Below, piece after piece: positions 59,220 to 64,000 of a stretch of DNA of 64,000 bases. Location: the NCBI GenBank assembly GCA_963835575.1, contig CAWIGG010000004.1, forward strand, positions 704,001-768,000. The letters run 5' to 3'. A program made the translations under genes and the position numbers. Under the pieces are notes generated by a model, which saw only the letters and a program-made list of their open reading frames with translations, was not told the origin of the DNA and did no database searches. This DNA is from an uncultured Spirochaetota bacterium. Lineage in GTDB: Bacteria > Spirochaetota > Brevinematia > Brevinematales > JAOACQ01. Each line of letters opens with the position of its first letter. The first letter of the stretch is position 1.

Positions 59220-60027
59220 GGAAGAAGTCGAGAAACTTCCTTATCCAGTATCTCTTTCCGTTATTCTTGTGGGAGAGGACCCGGCCTCGCAGAGTTATGT
59301 CGCATCGAAGGAAAAAGCCTGTCTTGAACTGGGAATAAAGTCGCAGATTTTCAGACTGTCTGAAAAAACCTCCCGGCAGGACATTATCAAAAAAATCAAA
59401 GAGCTCAATTCTGATCCGGGCGTTAACGGCATTCTGGTGCAGATCCCTTTACCGGATCATCTTGAAGAAGAGCTTATCATTGAAACAATAGATCCGCTTA
59501 AAGATGTCGATTGCCTTCATCCCTATAATTTAGGCAGGCTTCTTGTCGGAAATCCGATCGTGGAGCCATGCACGCCGAAAGGCATAATCAGGATCCTGGA
59601 TTATTATAAAATTCCTCTTGAAGGCAAAAGGGCCGTTGTATTGGGCAGAAGCAATATAGTCGGCAAACCGGTTGCCGCGATGATGACTAAGAGAAACGCG
59701 ACGGTGACGGTCTGTCATTCTAAAACAAAAGAGATTGAAAAAATTACCCGCGAGGCGGATATTATTGTAGCCGCGATAGGCAGGCCTTTATTTTTAAAGA
59801 ATGATATGGTAAAAGAAGGCGCTGTCGTTATCGATGTGGGCATTAACCGTGTTGCCGACGCATCAAAACCGAAAGGATACCGTGTTGTCGGCGATGCCGA
59901 TTATGACGGACTGCTGGGAAAAGTCAGCGCTATTACGCCGGTGCCCGGCGGAATCGGCCTGATGACCGTGGCGATGCTGATGGATAATGTTGTGCAGTGG
60001 GCAAAGTACCAGAGGAATAAAAAGTAA
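59167..60027 (+). CDS. folD: Bifunctional methylenetetrahydrofolate dehydrogenase/cyclohydrolase
   Basis: KDVDCLHP, PCTPKG, GRSNIVGKP, IDVGINR, TPVPGGIG. Confidence 0.97.
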   Translation: MIILEGKQVVAEEKKRIKEEVEKLPYPVSLSVILVGEDPASQSYVASKEKACLELGIKSQIFRLSEKTSRQDIIKKIKELNSDPGVNGILVQIPLPDHLEEELIIETIDPLKDVDCLHPYNLGRLLVGNPIVEPCTPKGIIRILDYYKIPLEGKRAVVLGRSNIVGKPVAAMMTKRNATVTVCHSKTKEIEKITREADIIVAAIGRPLFLKNDMVKEGAVVIDVGINRVADASKPKGYRVVGDADYDGLLGKVSAITPVPGGIGLMTVAMLMDNVVQWAKYQRNKK

Positions 60028-60701
60028 TGAACGGGGTCCTATATGTCGTGGCGACACCCATCGGCAATCTGGGCGATATCACTCTCAGGGCATTAGAAGT
60101 CCTGAAAAGCGTTGATTCCATAGCCTGCGAGAATAAAGAAAGGCATATAAAGCTTTTGAATCATTACGGGATTAAAAAGCACCTGCTGGTTTATTCGCCG
60201 GCTAATGAAAAAAACAGCGCCAGGGGCATAGTCAAGCTTTTACTGGAAGGGAAAAGCATAGCCCTTGTCAGCGACGCCGGAATCCCGGCTTTGTCGGACC
60301 CGGGAGCTTTCGTGATTGAAGAGGCAAGAAATAACGGTATTAAGGTTATTCCGCTGCCCGGGGCTTCGGCCCTGACGACATTATTGGCGGCTTCAGGAAT
60401 ACCGGCCAAGAGGATCGTTTTTCTCGGTTTTCTGCCCAAGGCGGCCGGGAAGCAGGAGAAAGAACTTAAAGAATATAAGGGCTTTAACGGCGGTATTATT
60501 TTATTTACGCCGCAGTACCATATAAAAAAAATACTCTCTGTTGTTAATAAAATTTTCGGTAATGTCGAAATTATAATAGGGAGAGAGATGACAAAGCTCA
60601 ATGAAGAATATATTCATGGAAAAATAGAAGATATTATCGGGAAGGGCTTTGAGGAAAGAGGCGAATTTACACTTTTAATTAATAACAGAATAAAGAAATA
60701 A
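60027..60701 (+). CDS. rsmI: 16S rRNA (cytidine1402-2'-O)-methyltransferase
   Basis: LYVVATPIGNLGDITLRA, VSDAGIPALSDPG, REMTKLNEE, RGEF. Confidence 0.93.
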   Translation: MNGVLYVVATPIGNLGDITLRALEVLKSVDSIACENKERHIKLLNHYGIKKHLLVYSPANEKNSARGIVKLLLEGKSIALVSDAGIPALSDPGAFVIEEARNNGIKVIPLPGASALTTLLAASGIPAKRIVFLGFLPKAAGKQEKELKEYKGFNGGIILFTPQYHIKKILSVVNKIFGNVEIIIGREMTKLNEEYIHGKIEDIIGKGFEERGEFTLLINNRIKK

Positions 60702-60785
60702 AAATTAGTTTTTAAGAAGGGTTGTTTTTCTAAAGATTGTCCGGAAAAAGTCCGAAAATAAAACCGACTGATGAGGAGGTCCTTT

Positions 60786-61076
60786 ATGGAAATTCGTGGC
60801 ATTGATAATGTAAGGGGAATTGATAATAATTCTAAAATCAATAAGGTTGTCAAAAAGGACAGCGATGCCGCTCAAGTACAGGATTCAACTGAAATTTCCG
60901 TTGAAGCGAAACAGCTGGCGGAAGAGGCGAAAATACGCGAGACTATGGCCAGGGTTCCTGATGTTAGAGCAGACAAGGTACAGGAAGCAAAAGAGAAGCT
61001 GAAAAGCGGCGAGTATAATAAAGAAGAAGTTATCAATACCGTTGCTGAAAGGCTTATGAAGGTGCTTGGTTTATAA
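60786..61076 (+). CDS. flgM: Anti-sigma-28 factor FlgM
   Basis: DSTEISVEAK...PDVRADKVQEAKEKLKSGEY; ATG 60786 after GAGGAGG. Confidence 0.85.
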   Translation: MEIRGIDNVRGIDNNSKINKVVKKDSDAAQVQDSTEISVEAKQLAEEAKIRETMARVPDVRADKVQEAKEKLKSGEYNKEEVINTVAERLMKVLGL

Positions 61077-61112
61077 CCGGTAATTGATTAAATATTGAAG
61101 CTAATCTATTAT

Positions 61113-61149
61113 AAAAAAACAGCGGGCAAATAATGCCCGCTGTTTTTTT
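61113..61149 (+). terminator. Rho-independent terminator after flgM
   Basis: AAAAAAACAGCGGGCA-AATAA-TGCCCGCTGTTTTTTT. Confidence 0.88.
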
Positions 61150-61218
61150 ATTGCCTGAATAGATAAAAGACTCGTCCTGTGTTATAATGAATGGATATTT
61201 ATACGAACAGGATTTGAT

Positions 61219-62556
61219 ATGAAAAATGGTTTACCGGTTGTCGCGATAGTCGGCAGGCCGAATGTCGGCAAATCTTCTCTTTTTAACTTGCTCTTAGGAG
61301 AAAGGAAATCGATTGTCGATGAGGCTGAAGGCGTTACCAGAGATATTAATATGGGGATTGTTAAAACGCCCCGCACGGCTTTTAACCTGTATGATACGGC
61401 TGGTTATCTTGAAAAAGGCGATGATTTCAATAAGCTTGTCCAGGCAAAAATCAAGCAGGCAATACAGGACACGGAGCTTGTTTTATTTATGGTCGACGGA
61501 AGGAACCCGCACCCTTATGACGAAGAGATTGCCCGTTTTCTGCTTAAACAGGAAAAAAAGATAATCATTGTGGCGAATAAGCTTGACAACAGGGACATGG
61601 AAAGTATGGCCGATCAATTCTATCATCTGAACTTTCCTCAAATTGTTCCCTTTTCGGTACTGCATAAGCGGGGATACAATCAGATAATGGATTTAATAGA
61701 AGATACTATTGAAAAAGCGCCCATACCGGCTGAAAATATTGAAGAGATCCCTATTTCCATAGTCGGTAAACCGAATGTGGGCAAATCGCTCCTGCTCAAT
61801 AATCTTCTCGGTTATGATAGAAGCATTGTGTCTGATGTGCCTGGTACAACAAGGGATTCCCTCGATGATGTTTTTGCATATGAAGGCAAGACAATCAGAT
61901 TAATTGATACGGCGGGGCTCAGGCGGAAATCAAAAATAGAGGGCAGCATCGAGTATTTCAGCAATGTCCGTACGGCCCAGGCTGTTGAACAAAGCGAAGT
62001 TGTCATTCAGCTCCTGGACGCGGGAGAGCCGCTGTCCCAGCAGGACAGGAAAATCATAGAAATGGTTATAGCAAAAGGAAGGGGCCTGATCATAGCTTAT
62101 AATAAATGGGATTTATTGAAAATACAGAGCGATGAAAACTACCGCTTGATGGAAGATTTGAGAAAGCAGACTTATAAAGAGATCGGTGTTTATCATTATG
62201 TGCCGATCGAGTTCATTTCCGCCCTGGATAATTACCGGATACCCAAACTGCTTGAGACGGCGCTGAGGGTTTATCATGACTATCACTACCGCGTGCCGAC
62301 AGGGACTTTAAACGAATGGTTCCGGAGGGAGATTAAGGAAAGCAATGAAAAAAGGCCGATGTCCAACCTCAGGGTTTATTATTTGACGCAGACAAATACG
62401 GCGCCGCCGAAATTCGTTTTTTTTATTAACAAAAAAGAACATTTAAGGAAGGACTATCCCAGGCATATTGAAAATAAATTGAGAGAGGCTTTTGAATTTA
62501 CCGGCGTTCCGATGAAAATCATATTCAGGGAGAAAGATAAGGAAAAAAGTAAATAG
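61219..62556 (+). CDS. der: Ribosome biogenesis GTPase Der (EngA)
   Basis: Two G-domains (GRPNVGKS, GKPNVGKS; DTAG twice); C-terminal KH-like domain. Confidence 0.97.
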   Translation: MKNGLPVVAIVGRPNVGKSSLFNLLLGERKSIVDEAEGVTRDINMGIVKTPRTAFNLYDTAGYLEKGDDFNKLVQAKIKQAIQDTELVLFMVDGRNPHPYDEEIARFLLKQEKKIIIVANKLDNRDMESMADQFYHLNFPQIVPFSVLHKRGYNQIMDLIEDTIEKAPIPAENIEEIPISIVGKPNVGKSLLLNNLLGYDRSIVSDVPGTTRDSLDDVFAYEGKTIRLIDTAGLRRKSKIEGSIEYFSNVRTAQAVEQSEVVIQLLDAGEPLSQQDRKIIEMVIAKGRGLIIAYNKWDLLKIQSDENYRLMEDLRKQTYKEIGVYHYVPIEFISALDNYRIPKLLETALRVYHDYHYRVPTGTLNEWFRREIKESNEKRPMSNLRVYYLTQTNTAPPKFVFFINKKEHLRKDYPRHIENKLREAFEFTGVPMKIIFREKDKEKSK

Positions 62557-62582
62557 TTATAATACTAATAAGGAGGACGGTT

Positions 62583-62777
62583 ATGGCGGTAAAAAAAGAG
62601 AAAGCAGCGGCCGTTAAAAAAAGCCCGGCAAGGCCTGATTTAAGCAAGTTTCTGAGCGAAGTACAGCAAAAGGCCTATGAAATCTATCTTGAGAGGCAGA
62701 AAACAGGGCAATCCGGCAATGAGATGTCGGACTGGCTGAAAGCTGAGAAAGAGATTAAAAACAGGTATAAAATTTAA
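62583..62777 (+). CDS. DUF2934-like small protein
   Basis: KAYEIYLER...DWLKAEKEI; RBS AGGAGG. Confidence 0.8.
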   Translation: MAVKKEKAAAVKKSPARPDLSKFLSEVQQKAYEIYLERQKTGQSGNEMSDWLKAEKEIKNRYKI

Positions 62778-62957
62778 TTATAATTGATCCATCGAAATCA
62801 GTTCTCTCAACAGCTGGTCTGGAAAATAGAGATTTTAAAAATTTCAAAAACTTAGATTAAATAAAACAATGGAAGTTATAAACAATACTTGAAAATAGCG
62901 ATTACCGGTCTATAATAATTCATATAGAATAGTAAATACAGTTCCTGGGGAGGAAAA

Positions 62958-64000
62958 ATGAAAAAAATATTTCTGTTAATCAGTATTTTGTTTATTATCA
63001 GCTTATCACAGTCTATAATCTTTTCTGCTAATCAGATTCCCGGTGTACAGGACAACTATATCGGTTACGGCGCGAAAGAATTGTCGCTGGGATATACCGG
63101 AATTTCTGAACTGGGCAGTATTGACGGCAATTCTTTTAATCCGGCGAGCCAGGCTGATGCCAGAAGGATGGCCAACAGCCTTATGATGGGCGGCTTCGGA
63201 AGCCGGAATTTTTTATTATCGGCCGGTTTTGTCTACCCGACGGATTTCGCTGTATTATCGATTAACGGCCTTTATATGGGGGATTCTTTCAGCAATGCGC
63301 TGGCATCTTTATTGGGAGTTCAAATCAACGCGGCCAAACCGATCACAGAGAATCTTTTTCTGGGTATAAGCCTGAAATATTTTTCGGGAGCTTCTACTTC
63401 ATCTTCGGATTGGCAGTTTGGCGGCGACCTGGGAATTATTTTAAAAGGGGAGCAGGGCGGGCAGGGTTTCGGTTTTTTTGATCCTTCCTACGGGCTTGTG
63501 TTGAAAAATCTTGGAAAGAATATCCAGCTCAATTCTTACGACCCTTTTCCGGCAATGGGCATAGGAGCCGGCGCGTCTTTTTATCCGATTAAATTTGATT
63601 TTTATCAAATGAGGCTCTCAGGCGATCTTGTTGTACCGTTTAATCCGTTTAATTTTGTATTAAATGTCGGCATGGAAAATATCTTGTTTGATTTCATCAA
63701 GATCAGGGCGGGATACGCTTTAAATACGCAGACAATCGGTGTTACGTCGATAGGCCCGCTTCTATGCGGAATAGCGTTTGCCGGTAAAATAGGGTATGAT
63801 GCGACTAATACAAATGCGGTCCAATTTAAAACAGCTTCCGGTAAATTGGATAATTCAACGGATGTGGAGATATCTTATTCTCTTCAGATGCAGAATTTTA
63901 ACGGAGTAAATGAACTGGCTCATTTTGTGAATGTCAGCGTGGCCTGGGGTTATTATGATACCCAGAAACCGGATGCTCAAATTCAGCCGGACGTGACATA
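62958..64000 (+). CDS. Outer-membrane beta-barrel protein, PorV/FadL-like N-terminus; runs off the window end
   Basis: Manual translation from ATG 62958: signal peptide, GYGAKELSLGYTG...SFNPAS, amphipathic strands (GISLKYF, GGDLGII, GLVLKNLG, KIRAGY). Confidence 0.72.
   Translation, partial: MKKIFLLISILFIISLSQSIIFSANQIPGVQDNYIGYGAKELSLGYTGISELGSIDGNSFNPASQADARRMANSLMMGGFGSRNFLLSAGFVYPTDFAVLSINGLYMGDSFSNALASLLGVQINAAKPITENLFLGISLKYFSGASTSSSDWQFGGDLGIILKGEQGGQGFGFFDPSYGLVLKNLGKNIQLNSYDPFPAMGIGAGASFYPIKFDFYQMRLSGDLVVPFNPFNFVLNVGMENILFDFIKIRAGYALNTQTIGVTSIGPLLCGIAFAGKIGYDATNTNAVQFKTASGKLDNSTDVEISYSLQMQNFNGVNELAHFVNVSVAWGYYDTQKPDAQIQPDVT

Overview
Bacterial chromosomal window, probably Spirochaetota. 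This is inferred from a spirochaete-style FlgM, a DUF5312-like protein and a small spirochaete-type conserved protein, and was not verified by search. The housekeeping backbone comprises alaS, uvrA, nrdD/nrdG, dciA, dnaG-rpoD, speD, hflX, folD, rsmI, flgM, der and a GldAFG-type ABC operon. Three apparently intact IS elements interrupt it (IS5, IS1380 and IS1182-like), each with terminal inverted repeats and a target-site duplication. Most notable observations: (1) a class III ribonucleotide reductase whose glycyl-radical segment is a separate 50-aa gene with its own RBS; (2) a dispersed family of 37-187 bp multi-hairpin MITE-like elements with 4-bp TSDs and ends resembling the local IS5; (3) an AT-rich, decayed restriction-modification island after alaS, bracketed by ~120-bp degenerate inverted repeats and stacks of 9/10-nt periodic repeats; (4) a TPR / lamin-tail protein with a T9SS-type C-terminal sorting domain / PorV-like barrel operon in an apparently non-Bacteroidota genome; (5) a three-gene Hsp20 operon with a sigma54-type promoter, an IS1380 inserted just upstream and a nonsense codon in the middle gene; (6) a frameshifted B12-radical SAM gene. 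No rRNA, tRNA or CRISPR array was recognised. All calls come from reading motifs by eye.
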